Shown here one piece after another: positions 25,641-40,383 of a DNA stretch of 64,000 nt. The DNA is from Bigelowiella natans CCMP2755 (lineage: Eukaryota; Protista; Cercozoa), in NCBI GenBank assembly GCA_000320545.1, contig ADNK01002459.1, forward strand, positions 37,142 through 101,141. Direction: 5' to 3'. Under the pieces are notes generated by a model, which worked only from the letters and a program-made list of their open reading frames with translations, did no database searches and had not been told where the DNA came from. Numbering within the stretch: position 1 is the first letter of the stretch; the number at the start of each line of letters is the position of its first letter. Made by a program: the position numbers and the translations under genes.

Positions 25641-26491
25641 GATAATGTCTTATGAGAGGCTGGTCGGCTCGGAAAGGATACCGTATAGACGACACGTAAT
25701 TTGCTCGGGTATTCTCTTCATGCGACAAGCCAAACGTTCAACCATTCAGAGCAAAAGGCAAATAACAACAAACCCAACGCAAAACAACCGAAATCTTTGT
25801 GCCTCTGGGCGGGGATCAGACGCAATTTGCAGGGCGAGCGCTACCGAAAGTCGCAACGGAACATGTGGCCTCTTTTTTTATGGCGAAATATCCACATGAA
25901 GCCACGTGGATGACACCAAGATTTGCGGCGCGCCGCAGGAGAATTTTCTGACTCAGCGTAGCACCACGAACAGGTTCGAGAGCATATGTTCGCACACGTG
26001 GGTGGTTTTGGATTCCGTAGCGGGCCGAAGAGGTCGACGGCAACAAAATCACCTCTATTTCGCCCTCCGATCTTCTTCTGGATGTCGCATTCTTACCGAT
26101 GAAATAAGCACTCAAAGTTTCGATCAAAAGTGCGACTCCTGGCTCGATTTCCACAAAAACCACTTTATATTTCTTCTGTTCCGTGCTGCACGGGTCCACC
26201 CTCTATTTCTGAAATAATCACGCCTGGTTAACTGAGATTTCAATGGAAGTTTCGGGCTGTCCCCAGTAGAAAGACAGCAAAATATTGATAAATATATAAG
26301 ACGACATGCTAGTATTTTTGTCTCAAAGTTGAATTCTCCGTGACTCACTCTCTGGCTTGGGTTTGCGGCAAGCATACTACATCTGAAGGACTCCGCCCTT
26401 CCTGTTGCCGCCTCCCCCCATTCCTCTCAACGAAAAAGGGGGCGGAGCAGGGAATTACATTTTGGATACGGTTTGTGAAGATTTCTTGTTG

Positions 26492-28697
26492 ATGGAAAAC
26501 TATGAGCTGTTCCGGAGTCTGCGCGACACGCTCTATGGAAAGTGAGCAACCTCAAAACCAGATGCATCATTTCGTTTGTTCCTGTGAGAGATAGATTGTA
26601 TCAAATTCAATCATATGTGAGAGAAGATAGGTAAATATTTGTGTGTAAATGAGGTTCGCGAAGTGTTCGGGAATCTAAATTGGAATCACGGTTACTACTA
26701 AACACTATGATGTTGATCGGTCATGTAGAGTTCGATATGGACGCCACAAGCAGACTCGGGAGATAGTGATCGTGAAGGAATTTTACTTGGAGTGCGTCAA
26801 GAATAGAGTATCGACGGATGGCCACCCAGTTGCTGAGGACGCAGAGGCTGAGGTATTAATGTTGATGTACCAATTTCGTTTTGCCCTGTCACTAATGGCA
26901 TGGACGAGCGGGAGATAAATTCAACGAAGAAAGTTCATGATTTCCGGTTACTGCAAGGGAAAGTATCGAATTTAGCCCGAATTGTGATGCATGTTCTCCT
27001 TCGCACGATAAAGGGATGTAGCAATTCCACTGTTAATGCAAGTGAGCAGTGAGGATTTAACGAATGATGTTGAGTGGAGCAATCGATGACGCCTTTATTC
27101 ATAGATTTCATCATCGATGTTCTCCGTTCCATCCAGATACTTCAATAGACTGAAAGTATTTCCTGCCTTAAATTTATAGATTAGAATCCACGCGGAACTT
27201 GAGAAAGGGAAAAATCCACATATCGTTGGCCTCCGCGGGGTTCACATAGAGGGAGACAAGATGTACGTAATCTTGGAATATTGCGAGAATTCAGATTTCT
27301 TCAGCCACATCCAGAAGAGCACTTTCTCAGAAGAAAGTATGTGCCTAACAATAGTCATAACATTAGTAAAAAACCGACCACAGCACAGCAACCTAACAGA
27401 ATGGGAACACCGTAATAGACAAGAAACCACAAAAGACAGAAGAGTTCACCATCCTTATTTTATCGTTCTATTTGCTTCAACAGGAGCGAAAAAATACTTT
27501 ATCCAGCTGATCAAAGGAGTTGCATACATGCACTCCAAGGGATATGCCCACAGAGACCTTTCACTTGAAAATACTCTCATGGATGGGAAGGAAACGCTGA
27601 AGGTATGGTAGATAGAATCCACCATTAATAACTTAGAACGGGAGTTGCAGACAGAAAAGGATAAGGATAAAGTTTCCGATCAATTATCCAAACAAGATTA
27701 ACTAGTTTTAAGTGAAAAAATAGTTAAAGATGCACTATTAATCGGATATACGATTTACGAATGATCGCCTTCTGCTTTTATTATGACCCGATTTCCCCCT
27801 CAATTCAATTTTTTTTCCCACTTCAGATATGCGATTTTGGGCTGGCGATGAAGGTAAGCGATCCTGAGAAGAAGATGAGTGTAGATCCAAACCGTCGGCC
27901 TGGCAAGATAAAGTTTATGCCTCCCGAGATCTATAGCGTCCAAGATTATAACCCCTTTGCGGCAGATCTGTACTGCTGCGGCATCATGTTATTCGTAATG
28001 CTCGTGGGGACCTTTCCCTACAACATCCCCACTGAAGAAGACGAAAGGTTTAAACTTATAGTTAATGGAAATCTCAACTATCTCCTCAAAGTGTGGAAAT
28101 TGGACCATACAATATCACCTGCAGTAAAAGATCTCTTAAGTAAGCTGATTACTTACGAGAAAGATAGAATTAATCTCCGGGACATCTTAAATCACCCATG
28201 GTTTAAGCAATCAAGTAGCAGTGGAGGGGGAGGTGGGGGAAGTAAGGGAAGTAAGAGCATGGATGAGGACCAGAAGATGTCAACGTCTGCCTCGAAATCC
28301 ACGGCGCAAGGAACAGAGCAACAGGTGTTTAGATTGCAGATATAGTTTAGATTTAAGTTACAATTAAGTTCGATTGTTAATTCTTTCCTCCCTAGAATGT
28401 AGACATATTCACGTTTTGTTGCTAATGTTTGTTACTTCCTCCTTCATAATTATTCAGGAGCCAGGATGGTTCACGGCTGCTCCCCCTAAAATCAAGAACC
28501 AAGTTCGTCAGATGATCGTCCAAGTTTTATTGCAGTATCAAAAACAACCGAATAAAGAATACATTGTCATGCTCGCTAAGTCCCTCAAAGAGAAATATTC
28601 ATTAGATGAGGATAGGAGTAGGCAGCTTATTGTTTATTTCCATGCCGCCCTCAACCGAGATATTGAACAAAAGAATAATAAGATGTTAAACAAATAA
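26492..28697 (+). CDS. CAMK-like Ser/Thr protein kinase (6 exons)
   Basis: MENYELFRSLRDTLYGK|VRYG...VIVKEF, LEYCENSDFF, AHRDLSLEN, ICDFGLA, GKIKFMPPE, ADLYCCG, HPWF. Exons at about 26492-26541, 26730-26852, 27180-27337, 27484-27602, 27827-28324, 28458-28697. Confidence 0.88.
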
Positions 28698-30097
28698 GCA
28701 CTCAACAACAAAATATAAATGAAGCCAAAACGAAAAAAAAGAAAGAGATAACAGTAAAAACAAGGAAATTCCCAGGGAATCTAGAATAATTTTCATTTAG
28801 TATTCAAATCGGCTATTTCATGTTCTGCCCTTCGATAAATTTTCATTTTTTGACTGGATTTAATAGAGTTGATCTTGCGACAACCAACGCATGATATCCG
28901 ATTCTAGTGACGAAATAGTTTTGTCGTCTCCAGAGAATAAGAGATGCCATTCGTTACGAAATATGGCGTAGTGAATATAGTAAAGTATCGTACATGTACT
29001 TGTTTTAATGATAAAAGACGAGTATTACATTCATGTTGAATTTCAACAAAGCCTCAGCGTAAATTGAGCGAATCAGTTGTGCATCCGTATTCATGTGAGA
29101 AGCTAGCAAGCATGACAAACTTGAACAAGGTGCTTGGATCAAGGGGCATAGAACAACTGCAGCAACATTAGCCTCTTAGCTATTGTGTGTGTGTGTGCGT
29201 AGATGAATGAACATGAAAACATGGCGCATGTAGCATCTACTGTCTGATTTGCACGCAAAAATGCAAGAGTGCTCACCACAGCTAATGACACTTTGTCAAG
29301 CTAGATAGTTTGTGCACTCCCATCTATACCCATGCGAATTTTCAAAACTTGTGTGAATATGTAATTTATATGCGCATGTGTCAGCATGTGGTTTATTGCT
29401 GAATTTAATGTTCAATGACTACAAGCTAGCAAGAGAGCTAACCAATGCACAACTTGTGAATTGCTTGGAGCATGCAGTCACGCAAAAATCAAGCGCTTTT
29501 CGATCATGAATGCGCGTGCTAGCGTGGTTGTTCGAAGTGAATAGCGAAATCGGAATTCGAACTTCAAGCCAGAATCAATCTCGTCCCGATGACACACATG
29601 CACACTTTGTGATGCAACTCAAGGCGATAATGATGATGAATCTGTGGATAGGGCTAGAGCAAGCAGAGTGTGGCTGATGCGGCCCAACGTACTAGCCAAC
29701 GTAACGCAATTCTTGGAGAGCATGCAGTTGCAACGGAAAATAAAACATAAAATGTTTTGTCCCAACAATGTGCAAAGAAGGCGCGACAGTCTAGCACTAA
29801 ATTGAATTTGCAGGTTGCACACAGCCCGTGGCCCACCCATGCAGCTCGCAATGCGTACGTATGCTACACAAATAAAGGTCGCCACTCGTCTAGTCGTACA
29901 TGCATGACGTCGTTGCTTGCATGACTGCATGGCAACACACTGGTTGTGCACGTGTTACTTGGCCTACGATGATCACTCAGCATGGTAGTGCGTTGTGCGT
30001 GTGCGTACGGCCTACTTTATTTACGAACATAGTGCTCGTAATCATAGAGCTAAGAACAGACTTTTTTTGGGTCATCACAACGCGAGCTGTCTGGATT

Positions 30098-31288
30098 TTA
30101 GTCGTCAGAGATGTACGGGGGAGTTCCTGGACCACGATAGCGGTCGAGTGGAGATCTCACGGCATCACTGCCATAGTAGCGACCATTTCCTTCAGGCTCG
30201 CCAAACAAGAGGAAAAGTGGAGCAACATGACAGCTGTGATGATAAACATTGCAGAAAGTCAACAGGATTATTTCGATCGCAAAAATAAAGTTATTACTTG
30301 CTCTCGTCCGGCTTCTTTGTTGCACCCATGCCTTCAGTCAGATCCGTTAAAATATACCCAGGACTGCATGAGTTGATTCGAAGATTTGGGTTGGCTTTTG
30401 CAAGCTGGCGCGTGTACACGTTGAGACATGCCTGAGTAGATTTTTTTTCAGATTCTAATGGAGTACCTCATCATTATGAAAATACTTTGACCTTCGATAA
30501 TCCATATGCATCAGAACTGCTTCCACCATCTATGTAGCCTTTGATAGTGGCTTCGAGCTCAGACCACGTAGTATCTTTCGATGTGAAGACAGACTTTTCG
30601 CTATCCCGGAGACGATTTCTGTTCGTCATTCATACTCAACGGGGCAGAGATTAAAAGTATACAGAAAATTATTACACGAAATTAGGCCCAGATGCGCTGG
30701 CGATGTTGACAATACGACCGCCATCCTTTTGAACCATAGGAAGAAAAGACTCGCAGACACGACGGACTCCATAAAAGTTCGTCTTCAGTGTATCCGGTAT
30801 GGAGTATCCAAATCCTACTCCAGCATTGTTCACGATGCCATACAATTTTTCCTTACCGCGAAGTCGTTCGGCGGCAGCCCGAACAGACTCATCGCTGGTT
30901 ACATCAAGTTCGAGTTCCTAGTGGTTGATGGGCACAATGTAATGGATTTGAGGTGCTGAGATCATTGTGGGAATCGAAATACCTCAACGCGGCCATCATT
31001 GTCCGGATTCTCATCGATAAGTGATTGAACAGCAGACTTTCCACGATCCGCGTCTCGAGATCCCAATATTACAGAGGTATCAGGATAGTCGCCTGAGCCA
31101 CACAAAGAATATAGCGTCAGCCCTCGTGCGAACTCCTGCATAATTCCAATTTTACTTAGAATGCGACGGCAGATCTGGAGGCCAATGCCTTTATTTCCTC
31201 CCGTTACGAGGACACGGCGAAGAGGGGCAGCGGCCGCAGATGCCGCAGCGGCTGCGAGGAATACGAAAGAGCGATGGGCCGTCGCCAT
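30098..31288 (-). CDS. Short-chain dehydrogenase/reductase (carbonyl reductase-like) with N-terminal hydrophobic leader
   Basis: VLVTGGNKGIG, LGSRD, IVNNAG, IVNIAS, catalytic YGLSK (about 30495-30510), INSCSPGYILTDLT; C-terminus GRYYGSDAVRSPLDRYRGPG. Confidence 0.88.
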
Positions 31289-31858
31289 GCTAATAATACG
31301 CCGGCTGCCTCGGTTCGAATTTCATCATTGCGACAACGTAGAAAAGTCAATCCAGACCTAAAATAAAGGCGGATTCTGACGTATCCGCGTGGATCCTTCT
31401 CATTTCTTGAGTTGTTCTTCATGAGTTCCAAGCGAAGGCTGCAAGAAGGAATGGAGGAGACAGAATTCAACGAAACACAATGCGGCGTTTGCGTTTAGGA
31501 ACAAGCTGCTGCTGCTGCTGATGATGATGATGATAATGATGAGATGAAGATGCAGCAGCAGCCGCATGCTTCCGTTCGTTCAGGCTAGGCTTCTTGCCTA
31601 CACGTCCTCCTCGTTGGTGCATTTTGTGCAATGGGAAGAAACTCGTTGGTTGGCTGTCCGTCGTTGCATGCTGAGGGAGGGAGGAGCACACACAACCGAC
31701 GACCCGACCCGCTCATCTTCCGAAAAGAGATCTGATAATTTCATTAATGCCTCCAATCCAACCTTGCGACAACGTTTCTAATTATGGCGCAGGAAGGAAA
31801 TCCTCTGTGTTAATGGCGTTTTTTCAACAGGAGGGAGGAGAGATCGGCAAACCAAATC

Positions 31859-33319
31859 ATGCTGTGTAGGGGTTCCCTCCCCCTCAACCAAGTGGCCATG
31901 AAGCCTGTGTTCCCGGTTCTTTTAGATTCGGAACCTTTCGGATTAAAGTCTACTAAAGCCATGGATTTCATCCCACCTCTATGTCGTAGAAGATTTGAGC
32001 GTCGCAATGCACGGAGGCTTGTTGGTACTACAGCTTCTACGGCACCGATTGAGCGCCTCGACGACGAATCTTGGGTTACTTCACAAAATGCTGATCGCGG
32101 TCGCAGCCTTCAACTCACATCAAGTTTGTCGAGAATATTAGCAGTATCTCTGGGGATTCTATTCGTCCAGCTCGCATTGAACTCTGCTTCGGTCGCCGAA
32201 GTCGCTTCGGCAGCGGCCCATGAACATCATCAATCCGTTGGAGAACGCCTCGCGACAATGTCTGACATGACTGGGATATTCTCTCTCATATTAGAAAACA
32301 ATAATAGCGGGTTGGATAATTAAAATAACCTGCTGTGGCGTTGGTGTGTACAGGCTGAAATCTCGTGGAATCCCCACCGAGCTGGTTCTCATGATAATCT
32401 CGGCCATGCCAGTGGTATCGACCAATCTTTCAAGTAAATGTTTCGCATGTTGCCGTCTAATGGTGGATTATATACATTATGGCAGGTGGAACTACGTGGG
32501 GGGATTCCTGTCGCTCGATTGCTAGGAGTGGATCCGTTATCTGCGTTCACGTTGTGCTCTCTCGGAAACTTTGTTCCTGTGGTAAATTTGCACGAACAAA
32601 CTATCCTCTGATGATGCATATCTGTGAATCTAATGCTATCTTTACATATACATTGCACATCAGATACCAATCATCCTTGCTCTAAATTCACCTGCTATCC
32701 GAAGAGTAAGATTTTAGTTAGCCCCCTTCTTTATTTCAACGATAATAATATCAAACACCAGTCTTTCTCATCCTTGCAGTTTCTGGAGAAACCACTTGCA
32801 AGGGCCCAAAGAAAGGTTCTTGGTATCTTACATCATTGTCCTTTCTATCTATGCCCCTCCCTCCCCCCCCGGTTCCTTCTGCCTTACATATGAATACATT
32901 CCCTTAGTTTCGGGGGTCAACTGGCATGGATAATCGATCCTTGGCGATATCACTTGCGCTGTTTGTGGGAGTCCCCTTTCCAGGGACGGGCGCATGGACA
33001 GGTAGCAATTAGGGAAATAGCAACACCTCCAACGGTCCTTTATTCGTGACTAGAAATGGATTTTTGAAACTCCCCAGGAACAATGGCTTCCGTTGCTCTT
33101 GGCTTGCCTGCCCCTCTCGCAATGGCGGCTAACGCTGTGGGAATTTTGATGGCTGCGTCCATTATGACAGGTTACTCAATGTTCAAACTATGTTCTCAAT
33201 TGCAGCATTCTTTTGTTGACAAGATATATACTTACAACAGCTCTGACTGCCTCGTTGAAGGCTGGGCTTGCTGTAGCAAGTGCATGTAAGAGCATATTCA
33301 ACATATATATTATATGTTA

Positions 33320-33376
<57 letters not shown>

Positions 33377-33556
33377 TAGTTCAGAACACTTCTATATATA
33401 ATCATCAGCACAGATAATTCGCACTAACCTCGACATCTATTCTTGCTCTATTTTAAAGTCGGTGTGGTAGCTGCTGCAAGTGCGTTGCGCAGAGGTAATA
33501 GCAAAGATCACCCAGTAGTTGATGATGATCGGGAAAATGGAACTCAGGGAAATTGA
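31859..33556 (+). CDS. COG2426 / putative small multi-drug export family membrane protein, probably plastid-targeted (5' end uncertain)
   Basis: ISAMPV|VELRGGIPVA...LGNFVPV and LALFVGVPFPGTGAWTG family motifs across exons; long S/R-rich N-terminal extension. Confidence 0.8.
33323..33375. repeat. (GA)n microsatellite in intron
   Basis: Direct reading. Confidence 0.95.
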
Positions 33557-34265
33557 ACGCGATCGAAAAAATTGATTCAAACTACGAAGCCCGCTTGTGA
33601 TTTAATTTTATGTAGACTGTCCCAGCTTGGGCACTACTACTGCTATGCGTTATATCCACTTTTCGTGATTGAACCCACTCGTACATAGCTAGCATGCCGC
33701 CATGGAACGAGACAGATGCACATATATGTATAAGCGCAAGTGCACACGGTAGCTCTAGCATAGTTGTGACGCATGCGAGCTAGTAGGCATTTATGCAGCA
33801 TCGCGCTCATAAATTGCTGCTTAACTCAATTGTGGCGTCTGCACGTCGACCCTCGGCACGCTCACATCGCATCGCTGCCTGCCAATGCAAAGGCGAGCAT
33901 AGCTATCAGCCACAGACTACTTGATACTCCCGCCACCGGATCGCGTCCACACTGCTATAGGTAGGGCTATGCAATACAATATATGTATTCCGTACTTGCG
34001 TAGCGTGCTACATACGGGTCATGTGCTCTGCTACACGAGTCTGATGAGTACGTACAGCGCACACACACAGCCCAGATCGTATTCACATCTCGTTGTGTAG
34101 ATCATGAAAAATTACAATTCACACTTATCACAACTTATGTATTGAGCATTACAAATACACACGCTTGGTTGGCGACAGTAGCATTTCCTTGCTCACACGT
34201 GTACGAATTGACTCGTGCATGAACAAACACGCAGAATTGTCTGTGGTATCTAGCTTTTCCGACAT

Positions 34266-35494
34266 TTATTTTTTCCGTAATTTGTCGCACATCTGCCGGA
34301 ATTGCACCGACCATCCACTTTCTTCCTGTTGCTTTAGTCTGGGAGTAATTGTAAGAGGACAGACACCGTCAGAATATCATTGTGCAACCAACCCCCCCCC
34401 TGTTCCCATGTCATAGTACTGAAGTGGACATTATTTTAGAACACGCAAATATGTACCTTAATTCAGCCAACATTGAGATAAATCTTGAACGGAGGCCTAA
34501 AAGATATTCTTCGTACATTGCTTCCCGACCCCTATAGGCAATCCTGTTGCACTTGTTCTTGAATGACTTGATGTCCGAAGAAGATGCCACCACACCCGTC
34601 CCTCCTCCATCTTGCTCTTCAGCGCCCCCATCTTCGGCCTCCTTGCCGTCGGCTGCTACAGCTGGATCATCTCCTTCGCCTTCCGTTTTTTCTGAAAAGG
34701 GGAATTAGGTATTACGACAGGTCGGTCGAAGGTAGGAGTAAGAACTGCGATAAAAAAAGAAGAGGAGGGTGGGGGAGAGAGAGATCGTGGGTTCTTTCTT
34801 CTATACTCTTTCTCCTCTTTCATAGATACCTGATTGCAGGGGCCTAATAGCATCGATTGCAACATCATCATCTGAGATAGTTCTGGACAATTCCTTCATT
34901 AAAGCCGTGTGAGAAAACTTAAGGCCAGAGTAGTTAAGAACCAAGAACTTTCTCGGGAACAATCCGTCCGCTCCTGGCTCTCCTAAAATATCGTCAACAG
35001 TCACAACGAGTTTGGAAAATTGAGAGCCAACTTCAAGCAAAGGCATATGGATGCGTTCGACCTGTTATAGCATATCACATGTATCAAATGTGCTTCTAAA
35101 AATACAATCACCTGATTTCGCATCTTGCCCTGAATTTTTAACCCGTGCCTGATGCCTCAGTAAGTGCTTCATTGTTCTACGGGCCTGTTAAACACGAAGG
35201 AAACACGCAAACAAACACAATTACTTATTTGTTATTTCGCTCAAGTTTGCTGTGTGCCTTCTCTGTTCACGAGTCTTGCAGGAGACAGATATCGCTCGTG
35301 GTTTTTGTATGCGTATACTTTCTCGACATCGCAAAATATTAAGCACTTTTCCGTACCGGCGGTCTAGCGTCATCGGGTTTGATGTCCTCAGTATGGAGGA
35401 GCGAGTCGAAGACCATCAGCATCATGATGCACGTATCCACAATGTTCTTCACGAAGCTGAATTTTATGTCATATGTCACGAGATCTTAATGCAT

Positions 35495-35532
<38 letters not shown>

Positions 35533-38500
35533 CTCCTCATTCTCTTTCTCTTTCTCTCAAGCGCACGTGCTCACAGAGAGATAGCGAATGGACGAACGAA
35601 AGGACGAACGGGATAGAGGAAGAGCTTATTAATGGAGATCCTCTACGAACTGTGTGTATGTGCGCTACAGCTAACTCTACCAGTCAAGATGTTTCGTTTC
35701 AAGGTCAAGAATGCTCTTTCGAATCTGAGCAAAATTATTACAACTGTAAGATTCCTAGAGCTATTCTTCCGAGTTGAATCACTTTAAGGTCTAACGCACT
35801 TTGACCGATTTCTTCTTTATTTTCTTTCGACTCATATAAAGTACGCATCGAGGAAAACACAGGCACAAAAGTTGCACACCGTTTTAATGAAGTCGCAGGC
35901 CTTCACCAAGCGCGAGCTCTCTGCGTTTTCTAGTTCGTCCAGTTTCCTATTTTCTTTCGCAGCCAGCCCAGGTTTCATGCGCAGCTTGTGGCGCTCTCTG
36001 CTCCTCTCCAACGAATCGTACTGGCTTCTAAATGAGGCCATGACCTCATCAACTGACTCGGTGAGTTTGGTGCATCTGTCCTTCATGATGTCACCAAAGA
36101 CACATCCTGGAATCCTGAGGAGCATGCTGTCGAGCCGTATTAGCTGCTCACGGAAAATCTGCTGAGACCTCAGGAGCTTTTCCTTTGACCTGTCTTCCTC
36201 GCGCTTGAGCATCTCCTTGATTGGGCCTGGAAGCCCTTCCGAAGGAAGCTCACGCTCAACTTCTTTCTCTTCGCCCTTACCTTTCTTCTTCTCGTCGTCC
36301 TTTTTATTGGCCTCATCGGCAGCATCTGCTTTCTTCTTCGCTTTTTCCTTAGCACGCATCTGCTTATGAGCCTCAACTAATTTTCCGAAAGCGCTTCGAC
36401 ACCCAGCGATGGCTTCCGTGATGACAGTGTTGAAGAGTACTTCCTCAACCTTCTTTTCTTCAACATCCACGTCATCTTGGGCTTTCTTTTTCTTCTTCTT
36501 CTTCTTTGACCCCGACTTCTTTTTTTCTTCCTTTTCGTCTTGCTTTTCTTCGTTGTCCCCACCAGCAACTTTCATGTACCCTTTAAACTCGGGTTCGGTG
36601 AAATACACATCAGGAAGATCTTTCGAATCGGACATGTTGCAGGCCAACAAGTGAAGAAACTTGGCGCGCGAAATCAATTTTGGTCTCAGCCCTTTAAGGA
36701 TCTCAAATATTTGCTCGGCGGCGCAGGATGATCGGGGCTTTTGGAACGGTGTGGTGATAACCTTGAAGACTCCATTGTCCCCATTCGTTAGTAGCTCCCG
36801 CAAGACTTCTAGCTCTTTAGTGATGAAGTCTTCAACACCAGCTGATTCTGCATAGCATGTGCGTATCTTCGTTGTCATTTCTCGCCTTGGTGCACCGAAC
36901 TTCTCTCCCAGGCCTTGCATGACCTGTAGATCCTCCCTTAGCTCTTTGTAGTCCACTTGGAATTTTTTGTGCGCCTCCAGCGTCTCCACCTGGTCCTGCA
37001 GCTCCTTGATATTTGGTCGTAAATCTGTGATGACTTTGGAATACTCCTCCATCAGCTGTTTCATTTTCTCCTCGTAGAATTGCCTCTCTTTCAGAACGTA
37101 CGTGTTGTGTGAGTTGCTTTCCTCACCATTTTCATTGCCGCTGGAATCAGCGGCTGCGGCGGTGGCAGCTTTGACTTCGTTGTTCCCAGTGCCTACTTCC
37201 TTTCCGTCGTCAATGAGTTTGCATGCTTCCAAGAATTCCTTACACAATTCGTCGGCTGTACTCTGCAGCATGTCCAAGAGAGACGCAAGCTGCTTTGCTG
37301 TGTTTCCGCATTGTTTTTTTAGCTCGTCGTATGCTGCGTTTCCCTTGTTGTATATAGTTTGGATCACACTGAGGTTATCGTTGTGTAGCATATCGGACGT
37401 CAGCCCCTGCAACAGCTCAACGAGAGTGTCAACGCGGCTTGTATTCGCCTTACTAGGATCTTGGAATTTGAGTATTCCTTCGAATTTTCGCTTCTGCGAA
37501 GTCACCATTCTATCGACTCGTTTTAGATGTCGCCGGAACCGCTTTTCGTTGGCGAGGATTTGGTCTTTTCTATAATCCCGCTTGTCGACCTCCACGCGTA
37601 CAATTCTGGGGCGGTGCTTGCGGAGTTCTTGGTCATACAATGCAGAAAAGCTTTCTACTCGCCCCTGCATGATACCCGAGGCCGCTGATATCCATGTTCG
37701 GTGGATGCTGAGGAGCATTCCAAGGTACTCAGAGCGTATTTTACTGAACTGTTCCTCGATTGCCTTGTTATCAAGTTGAGGTATCTCGAAACACGGTGTG
37801 CCGTCCTGGAACCTTGGTAGTATGTCTGCCTTCTCTTGGACGTTGCCCTCAGCATTCTCATCGTTATTGTTTCCATCGCCGCCCTTCTTCTCCTCCTCTT
37901 TCTCCTCGACATTTTTCTCATCCTCGTTCCCTTCACTGCCTTTATTTGTGCCTGTTGTGAGGATGTTCTGGATAAGCCCGCTGACAGGTGTCAAGCCTTC
38001 AAAAGGGACTAATTCTTCAGAATCCTGCACGAGTACCTTGACCTCAATTATCTCCTTTTTCTCTTCTTCGCCACCTTCTCCATCTTCACCATCCTTCTTC
38101 TCGTCTTCTTTCTTGGCCTCCTCTCCCTCCTTGCCTTCCTCCTCTAAGTTCTCCTTTTCCTCATCGATAGGGGCCAGACCAACGGCGTGTGCAAGAAGGG
38201 ACTCATATTTCTTTGAAAGCTCACTCAATAGTGGCACGTGGTCAGTGGCTTTTTTGGTCAATTTATGATTGAAATCTCTGTGTGCCTTCTCTATGAGACC
38301 TCCGTCACCGACAAGATCATTAATGGTTTCCATGCGCTTGTCTAAGGCATTTAGCGTGGGCTCTCGCAGCAACAACAGAATTTCCCTCTCCAACTTTTTT
38401 TCTAATGAATCTTCTCCGAGCTTGAGCTTTTCGTTGTGGTTATCACATATTTGGAAGAGGTCTTCTTTTGTCTCCACCTCTCGAAGGTGCATCTTAGAGA

Positions 38501-40383
38501 AGTGCTCTTTCCAGTGCTTAGCTATCGCCTTAAAGTACTTGCAAATGTTTTCTAACTTCTGATAAAAATCGTCGTGCTGGTCGAGTGCGTTGTCGGTCTT
38601 ATCATATAATGCCTCTGCTTCCTTTTTTCTTTTTTCAATGAGCGGCATCATGAACTCATCTGTCTCCAAAAACTCTGCGACCTTTTTCTCCTCTGAAGCT
38701 CCAATATCAATCAAGCTTTCGCGCAGCTTGTCCAGGCATTTCTTGGCTGAGTTGTAGCGCTCATTCCTAAGATCCACCAACCGTTTCTTGCATCGCTCAA
38801 TATCGCCATTAAACTCTTCCCGCAGCTTGAAAATCTTCTGCTCCCTATCAGTGACATTCGGAGGTACAAGGTGATGCTTCTGGGTGAAGAGTGGGTTTTC
38901 CTTGCCAATCGCTCCATCGTTATCTGCATCAATAGAGTAAGGCACTGGCTCCAGCTTCAGAATCACGAACGCAGCTTCTACGCACCCTGCCTCAATGCGG
39001 CGCTTGGCTGCTTCAAAATCTCCAAATATGGTGCGAAGCTGGGGAGGGTTTCGAAATTCAGGCTCCTCCATTTTCTGCTTGTAGACAAGAATCGCATGTT
39101 CGTGCCGGAAAGCCCTCCAACGCTGCTTGGCTGCTCTCCATTTTTTTCGTGTTTCGAGTCGCTCCTCAAGCGCGGTAACTTCAAGCCTAGCGGCCAGCTC
39201 CTTGTGCCAGCCACAATTCCGCACTATCTGCGTATTGACCTGCCACACGTCCGCTTTGAGTTCCTGTTCTATCTGTTCTGGAAGTCGATGAGCTATATCA
39301 ACGAGATCTCTTACGAGGGAGGTGAGGTATCGAGTGATTGTCTCTTTTCTATCGACTTCCAGTTGTGCCATGCTGCCTATGGTCTCCGTGGTAAATTGCG
39401 AAGATATCATATATAATTGGTCTATTGATGTCCAAACATCATCTATGTCCTGCATCGTTAATCGCCCAAGTTGTGCTTGGTCATCGCCGGTGAGTGTACT
39501 TAGTGTTTGTGCAATAGCCTTCTTGGATTTAGCAAGTTCGGATTTGAGACTCCTCGACAACAAACCGACTTGTCGCTGCAGCTCCATCTCGAAGGATTCG
39601 CGGGCCTTCCTGTAGTCATCTAGCCTTCGATCGTGTCGGGCCTGCCGCGTATTGTAGAGCTTCTTCAGCTTATTCCCTGATGTAGGTCTTAGAATACTTT
39701 GATTTGACCGCTTTAATTTGACGCTATTGGTCTCAGATAAGGGGCCCTGCGCTTTCATGCGAATCGTGAGAATGTCTCCTTCGTCATCCTCCTCAACTTC
39801 ATTCACCTCTGTGACTACGCCCTCAATCCATCTACCGTATCTGTATCCCACAAAAAGATAATTACTCTCAATGAATTTTCTCGTTTCATTGGCCACAATT
39901 CGGTTTCTATTTGCTTAATACTAGTTTATTCCCCTCACTTACCCATGACCATCCAATGTTAATGAAGTTTCGTACGTGTATTAGGTTTCAAACGATATTA
40001 CCGTTGATCGAGAACCTCAAGTTGTGATCCCTCCGTCCATGTACGCCGTTTCTCACGCCAATGAGAGTGGCTCCGGCTATTTGCAGCAAAGGCAATGAAG
40101 AATCACTCAGAATCCAACAAATAGCAATAAAAAACGGAAGCCATAAAGGAATACGTGAAGGAAAACTTACCACTCCAGCAATGACATCCTTTTTCATGAG
40201 CAAAGGATCTCTCATCCGAGGTAGCACCCGTACCTTCTCTTCCAGAGCTCGGACATCTGTGAGCACCTGTTTCCAAAACCACTCGTCATACATATTATTC
40301 GCTGGTCGCGTACAATCTTTTAATTGGACCTTTGCAATCTCTGACTTTTTTGTTCCTTTTTTTTTAAGATTTTGGTCCAACAT
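34266..40383 (-). CDS. Large coiled-coil ciliary protein, CCDC180-like (DUF4455/DUF4456)
   Basis: About 4 kb exon (about 39840-35880) with WRAFRHEHAI...EFRNPP and HKLRMKPGLAAKEN...LDELENAESSR. Terminal exons end ...AYRGREAMYEEYL...EESGWSVQFRQMCDKLRKK*. Family assigned from remembered motifs. Confidence 0.65.

Noticed and set aside
30290-30305. Possible GC-AG intron in the SDR gene
   Set aside because: An adjacent GT donor (AA|gtaata) gives the correct phase.
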